Below, piece by piece: positions 50,398 through 62,074 of a DNA stretch of 64,000 nucleotides. The notes below the pieces were generated by a model. The model had not been told where the DNA came from, did not search any database, and was given only the letters and a program-made list of their open reading frames with translations. Made by a program: the position numbers and the translations under genes. Numbering within the stretch: position 1 is the stretch's first letter; every line of letters begins with the position of its first letter. Source of the DNA: Elsinoe ampelina (lineage: Eukaryota); the NCBI GenBank assembly GCA_010093995.1, contig ML992506.1, positions 913,196-977,195 on the forward strand, written 5' to 3'.

Positions 50398-50866
50398 CCA
50401 TCTGGACCTTCGACTAGCGCGTGAAGCAAGGTTAAGCGGCGAGTAAGATGAAATGACGAAGCGCGTGACAGGTCTACGCGCCAAGACAAAGTCGCGTTCC
50501 GGGTGAAAGAGGAAAGGCGGCTCAAATGTAAGTGGAAATGCCCGCGGAAGCCCGCCAGAATCTCGTCCCTTGGTACGCCACGACGTTGGACAGGAAAGCT
50601 TTGACCTATCAAACAAACATGCATGGTTGCGTCAATATCTAGACCTCGAACTTTTGCGATAGAGGGGCATACCACTCAGACAACCGAACACTCCATCACG
50701 ACACGCGCGACTACTGGTTTTACAATTCAGCACTACAAGCCTCTTCTGCGGTCACCATGTACTGCGCTGCGACACCGCCTGTCCTGTCTCGGTGAAGGTG
50801 CAAGGCTCCTGGGCAACACATTAGTTTGAGCACTGTGAATACCAGTCAGGAATCTTCTGAAGGATC

Positions 50867-52915
50867 ATGTCTTCGGGTAAAGACAATGGCACAACCCAGA
50901 GACGACCTCTCCGGAACCAACCATCCTCCGGAAGGCTCACGGCCTCACCATTGACCCCTCGACTGGCCCCGAACGGTAACACAACCAAACGCGAACCCTC
51001 CCCTCGGAGACCTTTCGTAAAGGCGGCAAGCATACCAAGAAATCCATCCCCCGACAAAAGAGTCGAGACACCACTTCGGAGTGCCACCACCGACAATAGC
51101 ACCCCGAGATCATCCACAAGAGGCGTGCGATCTAGACCTGGAAGTGCACTTTCGACACCGGGGACGAGTACGCCTGGAAGCGTAAGAGCAAGGACCGTAG
51201 CACCATCACCCCGGCTTGCCGGACATGGGACACCAACAGAGAAGGACGGCCATACTCGAGGTCCGGCAAGAGTGCATGCACTTCATAGTCGGGAAGCAAC
51301 GACACTTTCACCACTCTCACAGGATCCGATTGTACCCATAAGCAACAGCATAGATGATGTGACAATCAAGAACCCGAGCTCCATGTTCTTCCACGCAGAC
51401 GAAGCACGGATACAAGATCACGCTGCGTCAGCCCAAGCACCCACGAAGAAGTCCACGGGTTTCTTCTATGCCAACGGACAGCGCGAAGACCAACCTCCAG
51501 CCAGGCTTCTACGCTCGGTATCTCCTGCAATGTCCATGTTTGCAGAGAAGCGACCATTAAGCACAATGGCTCCTCGAACAGGTACTTCGGAGCTCGGTCT
51601 TAGTTCAAGACCTCCGATAACTTCACCAACTCTCAGTGCAATATCATCGGCCCGATCTCCATTCGTGACGAGTCCCACTGCTTTGTCGCCTCCTCTGTTA
51701 TCCCCTCTTCCGAGCAAGACAGACTACTTGAACACCCCGAGCGCTACCATCAATCATAACAAGCTTAGGAGCGAGCGGACCTATTTTGAGCCTTCAACCC
51801 CTACAACAACAATGACAGATGGTCTTGGGGTGACAATGGACCCTGCTGCATTCTCCGCGATCAGTCAATCACCAAGAAGTCACGTCAAAAGCTCAAGTGT
51901 TTCAGTGGCACCTGCGGAGAGTCCAAGTTCAGCACGAAAGCGATCAGCCACATGGGCCGAGAACAAATTCGAGAGCAGTCCCCTGGCATTCAAGTTAGCT
52001 CCCAATCATACCAACAATATCCCTTCGATGACGTCTCCGGTATTACCACGTGCTGATACAGCATCTTCTTTAACCTCACCTATCATCTCAGATCCAATGC
52101 AAAGTCCGTCAAAGGAGCTATTTGATTACGCTGCAGATGCAAGGCGAGAGCGTAAAGTGCTGGATCTGGAAATCTCCAACTCGTCTCTGCTAGCGATCAA
52201 TAGGTCACTGGAGCGAGAGATCAAGAAGCATAAGGCTGAATTGAAACGCTATCGACGGTTGAGTCGTGCTGGGAGATTCTCTGTAGCTCCAGCAGGTCTC
52301 GAGGACGAGGACTTTGATGATGCCCTGCCACATGTCGATGGTGGATTGGTGGGTCGGCCATCCAGTCCTTTCCAAGAGGACGTTTCGGACATGGAGTTAT
52401 CGGAGGAGGAAGACACTTCAGAGGAGGAAGAGCTCACTTCATCTGATTTACGAATGACCAAGGAGGCAAAGCAACGAGCAAAGGACGAAGCACAGTTGAA
52501 GAACGATCTACGGAAACATAGGGATCTGCTACTTGACACGGCTCGGATGAACAGATCTTTACAGAGGTGTCTGACCTGGACTGAGGATCTCATAAAAGAT
52601 GGGAAGAAGGCACTTGTCCACCAGGTTCAATCATCCGAGGTCAAGCTGGGGGGTCGCGTGTTGGAAGCCGATGAAGAGGAAGAAGGGGACCTGCTGGAAG
52701 ATGATGGAGGCGTAGTCAATGAAGATGAGGCAGCCGAGGACGGTATCGAGAACGATTTGTCCGGTATCGAAGCATTCCTCGGTATGGGCCAGTGGCCAGG
52801 CGACCCATCAGGTCGAATGAGCATTGGCAGCGAAGGGACCAATAGGGACAGCGGGGTAGAAATGGACAAAACAGCAAGGCAGCAGTCGCCTCAAACGACG
52901 ACGAGGGTGTACTGA
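50867..52915 (+). CDS. Uncharacterised Ser/Pro/Arg-rich protein with C-terminal coiled-coil block
   Basis: 682-aa intronless ORF with RRERKVLDLEISNSSLLAINRSLERE and acidic tracts. Confidence 0.82.
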   Translation: MSSGKDNGTTQRRPLRNQPSSGRLTASPLTPRLAPNGNTTKREPSPRRPFVKAASIPRNPSPDKRVETPLRSATTDNSTPRSSTRGVRSRPGSALSTPGTSTPGSVRARTVAPSPRLAGHGTPTEKDGHTRGPARVHALHSREATTLSPLSQDPIVPISNSIDDVTIKNPSSMFFHADEARIQDHAASAQAPTKKSTGFFYANGQREDQPPARLLRSVSPAMSMFAEKRPLSTMAPRTGTSELGLSSRPPITSPTLSAISSARSPFVTSPTALSPPLLSPLPSKTDYLNTPSATINHNKLRSERTYFEPSTPTTTMTDGLGVTMDPAAFSAISQSPRSHVKSSSVSVAPAESPSSARKRSATWAENKFESSPLAFKLAPNHTNNIPSMTSPVLPRADTASSLTSPIISDPMQSPSKELFDYAADARRERKVLDLEISNSSLLAINRSLEREIKKHKAELKRYRRLSRAGRFSVAPAGLEDEDFDDALPHVDGGLVGRPSSPFQEDVSDMELSEEEDTSEEEELTSSDLRMTKEAKQRAKDEAQLKNDLRKHRDLLLDTARMNRSLQRCLTWTEDLIKDGKKALVHQVQSSEVKLGGRVLEADEEEEGDLLEDDGGVVNEDEAAEDGIENDLSGIEAFLGMGQWPGDPSGRMSIGSEGTNRDSGVEMDKTARQQSPQTTTRVY

Positions 52916-53449
52916 CACCATCGATTCAGCTGAGGATTCAATCATTCGAGCACAAAATAGGGATGGCGTTTGGGCATGGTCGGCATCTTTCCTTTGTCAG
53001 CAGATGATACCCCATCTCTCATATGTGTAATTTTGCCAATACACCACATGTTTGGAGAGGGCAAGGAGCTTTAGAGAGCACAGCAGTGTAGCCGAGCAGG
53101 AGAACCATCTCTTCTTCGAACTGTATTGAAAATGATCAAACGTAGTCCTTTCCGGACATCTGCTCTGAGCTTGGCAGCCAGGTGACCTGCTTGACTGGGT
53201 TGGATCATCGACGACGGTATCAGAAGGTATGCCATCGCTCATTCAAGACATGAGAGTACTGTTGACAGCCACGTGCAGGCAGTTCTTGTCATTGCCATGT
53301 GCTAGAACCACCAGTGCCGAAGAAGCTGACTATCAAAATCGCACCTCGCAACTGCCACCAATCATCGAGCCCATCGGCTATGCTCCTACTGCGTCTCGGT
53401 GAAGACCGAAGCCAACATTTCGATATCAAAAGCAGGTGCAACGTGCTCG

Positions 53450-53480
53450 CAAGGCCATGTCAAGCCATGTCAAGCCATGT
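53450..53480. repeat. Tandem repeat (CAAGCCATGT)x3, first copy imperfect
   Basis: caaggccatgt caagccatgt caagccatgt. Confidence 0.85.
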
Positions 53481-54509
53481 GACCGCTATGATTGCACTTG
53501 GCGAGAACCATGTCAAGGCTCCTTGGCAACACAAGTCAACGCCCCAACCCATTGAAGCACCGGGATCTGACGGTTGATCGCGCCACTTCAAGGCTGTTGC
53601 GAAGTATACGCTCTGGCGATCGAATGTAGGTGCGCCTCTTTCTATACGTTTGGTATCATGCTTTGGGAATCATGGGGGAGTCTAGACGAAAAGTATGAGA
53701 CATTGACAGTCAGCTACACTGGTTTCGACTGAGGGGGGTCAGCCAGGCCAGCGTACTGTGGAGCTAGCACATGCGAGACCGTATGGCTGCAGGAATTCGC
53801 GAGACTGTTGCCCTGCATGCTGAAGTACGGAAACATGTCGCAATGTGGCATCCAAGTCACGGCATTATCAGCAGGTCATTATCAGATGGACAGTGGTCGC
53901 GTTCGATACATGCTGGCGTTGTGGACTCACCTATGCCTTCGAGTTCATACTAACAAAGCCCGAAGATCTGGACCAGCAGACGTTATCACTCAGCTTCAAA
54001 CGATGGATAATTTGTTGCCAAGGGTAAATCTCAACGCTTCAACGGTTCTACTGTTGCCCAGACTGCTTGACAAAGCTTCTTCGACTACCAAGAGGACCTC
54101 ACAGGTTGTTGCCGACCTGGCAGGCATGCTTACCTGTTCGATCCCCACGACACACCATGCAAATGCCAACGGCTGTCAGCCTCCCTGTTCGGCATGTGCT
54201 AGACTCATTCGGAGTGGCGAACGACATCCAACAGCTGAGTCGTTCTTACCAACGAACGCTGCAGAACTATGTCTTGCACCACGTGCAATTGCTTCGCATG
54301 GCTGCCTTGAGATCAGCATTGTCGGAGTCTATAGATACGACATCCGCTCCACCTTACGCAAACTTCTCCGTCCAGCGGTCGAGCCTCTAACAACTTTTGG
54401 CGCTCAACGACTGTTGATGCGCAAACTACTTCGCATTCTTTAACTCTCGATCCATCCAGCTCTCCTCTACCCTCGAGTCCAAAAGCAGTATAAGGCTGAC
54501 CTCCCTCCC

Positions 54510-55719
54510 ATGTCCGACATGGCAGATCAAGCAGACATCATGGCGGACGCAAGCATCATGCTCGACGGCGGAGTTGTACTCCAGCTTGAGAATTTTATCA
54601 ACACGCTTCGTGACATGTCAGCTGCCCTCCTCGCCGTTTGTGTGGTGACGGCGGCGCTGCGCATGTTCGTGCGGATAAAGATCTTGGGCCACTTCGGCAT
54701 GGATGATGGGTTCATGCTTGGAGCATTGGTTCGTCCCTTGCACCTACCAACACAGACGTATTCTGATCATTACTCTTAGAGTCTATTCATCGTTCTCGTT
54801 TCACTGACCTACGTCGGTACGGGATATGAGTGGGATTTCTTCCACGGACACGCCGTTGCCGTGAGCAAAATAGTAATGGTAGAGGTGATCCTGGCTGCTA
54901 CAATCAAACGAGTTCTGACTGACACAGATTCAGGTTGCTCAATGGTTGAACGCCACATACATCGCTACTGCAGTTACCATCAAGATCTCACTGGCCATCT
55001 TCATGCTTCGCATTTTTGGCCCACACGACAAGTGGCAACGCTTCCTCACCTACAGTGTAACCGGTGTTTCCACTGTCTTGGGCATCATATTCTTCGCCAT
55101 GAACTTCACCTGCGTCGTAAGCTACGAGTCTCACGACAGCGAAGGTCGTTGCAACCTCATCACCGAGTTCAAGATCCTCTCCCTCGCTTGGTCCGTCTCG
55201 AACACCCTCGTCGATTTCACCTTCGCCTTCCTCTGCATGGCTCTCATCTGGGCAGCCAACCTCCGTAAAAGGGCAAAGGCAATCACCAGCGCTCTTCTCC
55301 TCTTCGGCTCCGTTGGTGCCGTGGCTTCCATCCTCCGTATCATCGCCGTCAATAAGTCCGGTCTGCAGGACGACAACCTGCAGCGCCTGGAGGTCCGCTT
55401 CTGGTCTAACATGGAAGCCGGCATCTGTATCTCTGCAGCTTGTCTCAGCTCGCTCCGACCGCTCCTCAAGTCTTGCATGGAGCGCACCAAGATCTCGGGC
55501 TACTACTACCGTCGTTACGGGCAGACGACCAAAGCAACTGGAGCTCGTGGTACCAACAACAGAGGCACGAACCACGGCACTATGCTTGGTAATCCGGACG
55601 AGATTACGACTGCGGTCCCAAAGGAGGGTGGCATCAACATGACTACGAGTATCGCTGTTGAGCACTCGGAGAAACAGCCACCTGCCTTTATCACCGAGGT
55701 CGGAGAGGACATGGTTTAG
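54510..55719 (+). CDS. PTH11-like (rhodopsin-domain) 7TM protein without CFEM; introns 54729-54779 and 54861(or 54879)-54933
   Basis: LRMFVR...FGMDDGFML, KISLAIFMLRIF, N.LVDF, ASILRI and WSNMEAGICISAACLSSLRPL. The start could be a slightly later ATG. Confidence 0.85.
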
Positions 55720-56482
55720 ATGTCACTGTGATTCATCTGCCCCTTCGATCCCTTACATTCCTTTCTTGTACTGTATCACTTCGATCTGGTCGATCCTGGT
55801 TGGTTGGTTTGTGAGGTTGTGATACCCAAGTACGAGGTGGTGGTTTGTGCACCGTGGACAGAGGTCTAGGAGAATTAGGAGAACCAGTATCACTCTGGAC
55901 CAGGCGACTTGCTTGAATAGAAGGCCCTATCCAGCTTATTGAATGTTGTCTAATTTCCTCAAACGTCAGCAATATGAGCTCTTGCGGTCGGCAAACCTGC
56001 CCGATCCCACGCGCAGGACAACCCAAATGTCCATCCGCCAGTATCGACATGTTTCGGCTTTCCCTATTGAGGCATCCGACAAGCCCCTCCCCCACGTCCC
56101 AGTCTCTGGAGAATGGACGCGGGGCAGCACACTCTCTGATGTCTTGAGGACTCACTACAACGCGTCACTTTGACTCGGAATAGCTTGTCGGCGTCTCTGC
56201 AAAAGAGGCATTCCGGTCTACACTGCAGCATTGACTTTGACCTCATCGCAGCTCAAGATACATCAATTCGTACTCCTCTCTGAGCGCTTTTCCTTCGCTG
56301 CAATTCATTGACCTACCTACTGGATAGTCTGCTTCTTCTGACACAGCGTGACGAGTCAATTGCTACACAAGCACCGTGTAGCAACAGCACAGCATAGCGT
56401 CACAATACATTTGAGATCTGCCATACAGCACATCAGCCTATTCATCCACACCCCTCCCGCAGCGACATCGCCTCTCACCACC

Positions 56483-57539
56483 ATGCGTCCCCTTACCCGC
56501 CTCCCTTCTCCCCTCCGCCCCTCCCTCCTCCCACGCCTCCTCCCCCTCCCCGCACAAACCCGCCACCTCTCCGACGTCCGCAACCCCCCCCTCGGCAACC
56601 CCCCCTCCACCAACCGCCAACCCCCCTCCCCTCCCGCCGAAGAAGCCCCCACGCTCCGCACCAACACCACCCCCGCCTCCTTCCTCGGCACCACCAAGCG
56701 CCTCCCCGAATTCAACCTCCACGACCGCGTCATCCTCGTGACCGGCGCCGCCCGCGGCCTCGGCCTAACCCAAGCCGAAGCCCTCCTCGAAGCGGGCGCC
56801 ACAGTCTACGCGCTCGACCGCCTCGCGGACCCCGCGCCGGAATTCGCCACCATCCAACGCCGCGCCGCGGACGAGTTGGGCACGACGCTGCACTACCGCC
56901 AGATCGACGTGCGGGACGTGCCGGACCTGAACCGCATCGTGAGGGAGATCAGCGATGCCGAAGGGCGCATGGATGGGTTGTTGGCCGCGGCGGGGATTCA
57001 GCAGGAGACGGCCGCGTTGGAGTATTCCCAGAAAGACGCCAATACCATGTTTGAGATTAATGTGGTCGGGGTGCTCATGACGGCGCAGGCGGTGGCGAAG
57101 GAGTGTATCCGCCATGGGAGGGGGGGGAGTATGTGTTTTATTGCGAGTATGAGTGGGAGTGTGGCGAATAAGGTATGTTGAAGGACTTCCTGCGTGGGAT
57201 AGCGGGGAGGAGCTAATGGGGTGGCAGGGGTTGATTTGTCCCGTGTATAATTCGAGTAAGGCTGCGGTCGTACAGTTGGGGAAGAATCTGGCGGCCGAGT
57301 GGGGCCCGTATGGGATTAGGGTGAACACGATCAGTCCGGGATATATTGTGACCAAGATGGTGGAGGCGTTGTTCGAGCAGTATCCGGAGCGAAAGGAGAC
57401 GTGGCCGACGCAGAATATGCTGGGCAGGCTGAGTGGGCCGAGGGAGTACAGGGGTGCGGCGGTCTACATGCTGAGTGATGCGAGTAGTTTCATGACGGGG
57501 ACGGATGTGAAGATTGACGGAGGTCATACAGCTTGGTAG
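56483..57539 (+). CDS. Short-chain dehydrogenase/reductase (D-arabinitol dehydrogenase / sorbose reductase-like) with mitochondrial-type presequence; intron 57173-57227
   Basis: TGAARGLG, IASMSG, YNSSK, IRVNTISPG and IDGGHTAW. R/L/P/S-rich N-terminus. Confidence 0.9.
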
Positions 57540-57715
57540 TTTGTATTCCTGAGGGTAATTTAGCGTGGAGCTTGGGTGTATAAAATGCCACATGGACATG
57601 AGCAAGTGTCTAGAGTGTTTGAGTGGTGATTAAGATATTCCCTCGGGGCTGTTCTCGTATATACATGTGTCTCATCAAGACATTGGTCCTGGCAGGACCT
57701 TCGTTGCAAAGCTTG

Positions 57716-59224
57716 TTACTCGCCTTCGTTCTTGGGCATGATCCGCACTTCGGTATTACCAGACAACCCGCCATCTTGCTCGAGTCTGAAGGTGCCACCT
57801 TCGAATTGTTGTGGACGCTTCTTAGGTTCCTTGCCTTCGACCACCCGCTCCCAGACAAGTGGTGTCCCTACAATGACGAACGGCAGAGCAACGATGATTG
57901 CGGTAATCCGTCGTGCAGCGCCTTTATACCGTGGAGGTAGCTTACCACCTTCCGCGACGTGCTGGGAGGCTGCGAGACCACGCTGATATCTAGCCTCAGG
58001 GGTCTCTTCACCGTCGTAGAACTCGAAGCCAGTGTCCTTGTTCATGATGGTTGTTCGTGCTGGTGGTGATCTTGACCCGCCCGGCTGTCCCGGCGGCAAG
58101 CGAGATGTTGCTGTCTGCATCGATGTCGCGCTCTCACCCACCCTGTCTTGGCTTGCCGATGAGGAGGGCGCCGCTGCTGCGGCAGATGTTGTGCTCGGCG
58201 CAACTCCCTCCACTGATGACTGTGGTTCCAATGCAAGCTCGACGTCAGGAGAAGACGGCGGAGCTACTGAGCTGCTCAACGGTGCAGGCATGGGCGAGTG
58301 GTTCTCATTTCCTGCGTGAAGTGAGGAGGAGGTTGAGGGAACCACAGCCTCCTCTGGTGGTGGCGGCGGGACCAGTACCGTATCCGGTGAGGCAGGTGGT
58401 GCTGCAGAGCTAGCGATAGGTAGAGTGTCCGCCTCCTCAGGACCTGCATTTCTAGCCGGTATCTCCTGTTCACTCTGGACTGGTGGGATCGCGGACCTGA
58501 GCGGATCCATCGAGTGAGAGGTCGTGTAGGATTTCTTGCTGGCGCCAGAGTCAAGTGCTGTTGCAACCACTGAAGATTCTGTAGGGTCTGCAGATGAGAC
58601 AGAGCCGACCTCTCCAGGAGTTGAACTCTCGGGCGTAATGGCGACCTCGTTGATGGAATCATCTGCAGTCCCCACATGAGGTGCTGTCTGTATCGTCGAT
58701 GCCGCAGCTACGCCAGTATTTGCCTTGACTGCCTCATCGTCCTCAATCTTTGCCTTTCTAGACACCCTTGTTGACTTGGTCTTGGTATCTGACTTGGGTG
58801 CTGCCTTTGCTCTTGTGGCTTTCGGCGGGATCTTTGGCTCTTTCGATTCTTTCGGTTCCTTCGGCTCTTTCGCTGCTTTGGCAGGTTTCGTAGAAGTAGA
58901 TGCGGCTCGTTTTGTCGTCTTCGCAGGTGCGGTCACAAGGATCGCATCACTCAGATCATCTTTAGCCTTCACAGCCTTCTCGGCGGCCTTCTTTGTCGAA
59001 GCTCGGAGTGTCTTCGGAGTTGAAGCAGTGCTCTTTGCTCGGGTTCTCTTCGCTGGAGTAGGACTTGACGGCGGTTCCAGAGCTGGGGTCGCACCCGAGT
59101 CCTTCTTGCTGACCCTTGCAGCATGTCTGATCTGGAAGTGTGGAAACGGTGGAGCAGTTCGTGATGCAAGAAGCTGAGGAGTAGCTCTCGAGCTTCGGCA
59201 GATTATTCGTGAGAGAGGAAGCAT
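57716..59224 (-). CDS. Putative mitochondrial membrane protein, low-complexity, with C-terminal TM
   Basis: Presequence-like MLPLSRIICRSSR..FQIRH, K/A-rich then P/S/A-rich regions, and YKGAARRITAIIVALPFVIVGTPLVWER. Confidence 0.75.
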   Translation of the reverse strand: MLPLSRIICRSSRATPQLLASRTAPPFPHFQIRHAARVSKKDSGATPALEPPSSPTPAKRTRAKSTASTPKTLRASTKKAAEKAVKAKDDLSDAILVTAPAKTTKRAASTSTKPAKAAKEPKEPKESKEPKIPPKATRAKAAPKSDTKTKSTRVSRKAKIEDDEAVKANTGVAAASTIQTAPHVGTADDSINEVAITPESSTPGEVGSVSSADPTESSVVATALDSGASKKSYTTSHSMDPLRSAIPPVQSEQEIPARNAGPEEADTLPIASSAAPPASPDTVLVPPPPPEEAVVPSTSSSLHAGNENHSPMPAPLSSSVAPPSSPDVELALEPQSSVEGVAPSTTSAAAAAPSSSASQDRVGESATSMQTATSRLPPGQPGGSRSPPARTTIMNKDTGFEFYDGEETPEARYQRGLAASQHVAEGGKLPPRYKGAARRITAIIVALPFVIVGTPLVWERVVEGKEPKKRPQQFEGGTFRLEQDGGLSGNTEVRIMPKNEGE

Positions 59225-59943
59225 GTTGATTGACAACGTCTGGAAGAGCTTGCAATGAGCACGTAAAATGTCCAGTCCTCTGTCGCAAAAATGGTCAATG
59301 CTATGCTCGCCCCATCACAACCCCAAACAATGCCCAAAAGAGTGAACGACCAAATTCAGGTCAGAAATTGTCGAATCAACGCGTGTCTCTGGTTGTTGAC
59401 ACGAAAATTGATTGCATCGCACCCAGCTGTGGGTCCTTTAAAAAAAATTAAGGTTGAGCATTGATGCAGTACCTTACTTCTCCGCAGGGCCCGGCGGGCA
59501 CATGGAAAGCGCATGGCATCACTGCCAATTGCTATCCCTTGCTTACTGCAGGCTTGTCACATGTCAGATCTCTTTGACAAGTAGATTGAGTTTCGAGGAG
59601 ATCTCGAGGCAATATCTCCATTCTTTTGCTCTGCATCATCCTGCTCAGAAGAAATACAGCTTCGCCATTTTCGGATAAATTCGACCAGCCAAGCCATGAG
59701 TTCCCGCGCGGAGGAGACGCCCACATGGAGGCCGTCATCCCCACACAGTCTGGCCTGAAGGCTGAAAGCCAGCTTCGTCTTCTCTCTTCTAACCGACCAG
59801 CTGTCGCATCTTCAAGTCTGATCTAAGAGCTGCAAGTACACGACATCCATTTGTCGCTCCTCACACCACTCAATGCGATGATGACCACTCGCTAGGCGGA
59901 CTGCCTTACACAATTCTGTCTGACCGTCGACCCAACCATCAAC

Positions 59944-62074
59944 ATGTTGTACGCATACCGCGCCGCATTCCACTCGCGCCAACAGCAACTGATCATGCTA
60001 TCCCAGTGTTCTACCGCCCCCACCTAGTTATACCACGGGTCGCATGTACCCTGGCATGCCCGGTGCTGGACTAGTCGAGACCAACAACACACTCAAGACA
60101 CCTGAAGGACCAGAGTACCAATTAGTCCTCGGCGAAGGTCTGGGATATGTTGCAGCTGTATGTCCAGTAAACTGACAGAGCAGGTACATACAAACTGCGC
60201 GACGAGCTCCACCTGGCGACTCCACCACCACATCCTTCAGACATTCCCGCGCCAAACAACAATCCACTTGCAACCACAGTCGATCTACCCAAGACGGGCA
60301 CGAAACTTTCGCTTGCCATCGTTGCCCCGAAAAGAAGACCTTCCCTTGCGCTCTACAGACTAGCGACGACCAACAGTGCTCGATCAGCTGTCCCACCAAG
60401 CATTTCAGAGGAAGGTTCGCAATCACACACCAGCGACGATGAATCGAAGCTCAAAAGCAACGGCACAGAACCATCTCTCATAAGCACTGCGACTCACGTC
60501 TTTGGTAGCGACAATCCAGCATTGGCTGTTGTGAACGGGGAAAAGGTCAAAGATGCGGCCAAAAAGAAGAAGCCAAAGAACAATATTGTCAAGAGTAATT
60601 CCTCATTCGTGTCGAGAGTCATACCACACGAAGGATTGCAGAAAAGGGTAACAGAGAGGAGTCCAGATGGTATCTTTGCATTTGCGAACATCAACAGAGC
60701 GGTGCAGTGGTTAGACTTGTCATCAGAGACAAAGGTTAGTCCCTGAAGCGAGGGTGAGCGTAATAGGTATTGACATGGACAGGTTGAAAATCTCACCAAA
60801 ATTCTGTTTACAAAAGCGAATGCTTTATGCCACGATGTGAATCAACATACGAAGAGCGCCACGAATTTGGATGTCATTTTTGGATACAACACATCAGACA
60901 TTATCTGGTATGAGCCCATGTCACAAAAATACACACGCCTCAACAAGAATGGCGCCATCAATGCATCAGCCATATCGAGCATCTATTGGCTACCGAACAG
61001 CGAGAACTTATTCATAGCAGCACATACCGATGGCTCTCTGGTAGTGTACGACAAGGAAAAGGAAGACGCACCATTCGTTTCAGAGGATACAGCAAATGGA
61101 ACCGAAAATGGGGTCGACAGGCATTCAATCTCTCTCATGGAGGTCAAGAAGTCTGTGCAGTCGCGGAATCAGAAGACCAACCCGGTGTCATATTGGCAAG
61201 TGGCACGGCAAAAAGTCAACAATATTGCCTTTTCCCCCGATGGAACTCATCTCGCAGTGGTATCAGAAGACGGCACTCTCAAGATTATTGACTTTTTGAA
61301 AGAAAAACTCGTCGATGTGTACCGGTCATACTATGGCGGTCTCATATCAGTAACCTGGTCTCCTGACGGACGATACATCTTAACAGGAGGACAGGACGAT
61401 CTTGTCAGCATCTGGTCCTTCACGGATGGGGTGCTTGTTGCGAGATGTCAGGGTCACACAAGCTGGGTCATGGATGTCAAATTCGACCCTTGGCGATGCG
61501 ATGAGCGGAACTATCGCTTTGGTAGCGTTGGTGAAGACTGCCGCCTCCTGCTGTGGGACTTTTCGGTGGGCATGTTGGGACGACCCAAAACGGTATGTAT
61601 CGCAAGTAATACGAGATGCAAGCATGCCTGACAATTTGCAAGATATCAATGCGACCACGAACCAGCGTTTCTACTGTACCCACGGGACGAAAGGAGAGCA
61701 CAGGAGCAAGCATCCAATCACCACGACCAACGATAGATACGCAAAACCTGGAACCTGCAGAGAGTAACGGTTTGGTGCACGATGTGGATCCAAGAGGCAG
61801 CACTGCAGTGTTACCACCAGTTATGGTGGGTCCCCTATTCCTCTTCCGAGTCATTAGACAAAAGATGCTGACCCATTGTTTCAACAGTCAAAGCAGGTGG
61901 ACGACCACCCGATGAGTTGGTTGGGGTTTGAAGAGGACTGTATTATCACAGTGTGTCACGACGGTAGGGTTTTTCTCAACGAGACTCCTTTTACTACGGA
62001 GAACTGACACAGTTTCCACAGGACATATCCGTACCTGGGACCGACCCAAGGAAGGCGCCCAAGATGAACTCTAA
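59944..62074 (+). CDS. creC: WD40 catabolite repression protein CreC; introns 59949-60006, 60138-60183, 60735-60782, 61593-61642, 61826-61887, 61964-62021
   Basis: [55 protein letters not shown] repeats ([26 protein letters not shown]) and GHIRTWDRP. Confidence 0.93.

Noticed and set aside
53808..54443. 211-aa ORF upstream of the PTH11-like gene
   Set aside because: Non-ATG start, Cys/Arg/Leu-rich random-looking composition and no motifs; probably promoter DNA.
55943..56173. 76-aa ATG ORF between the receptor and SDR genes
   Set aside because: No recognisable homology or exon partners; cannot be supported without expression data.
59878..59923. C-box/D-box-like pair upstream of creC
   Set aside because: Only about 46 nt, too short, and no guide evident.
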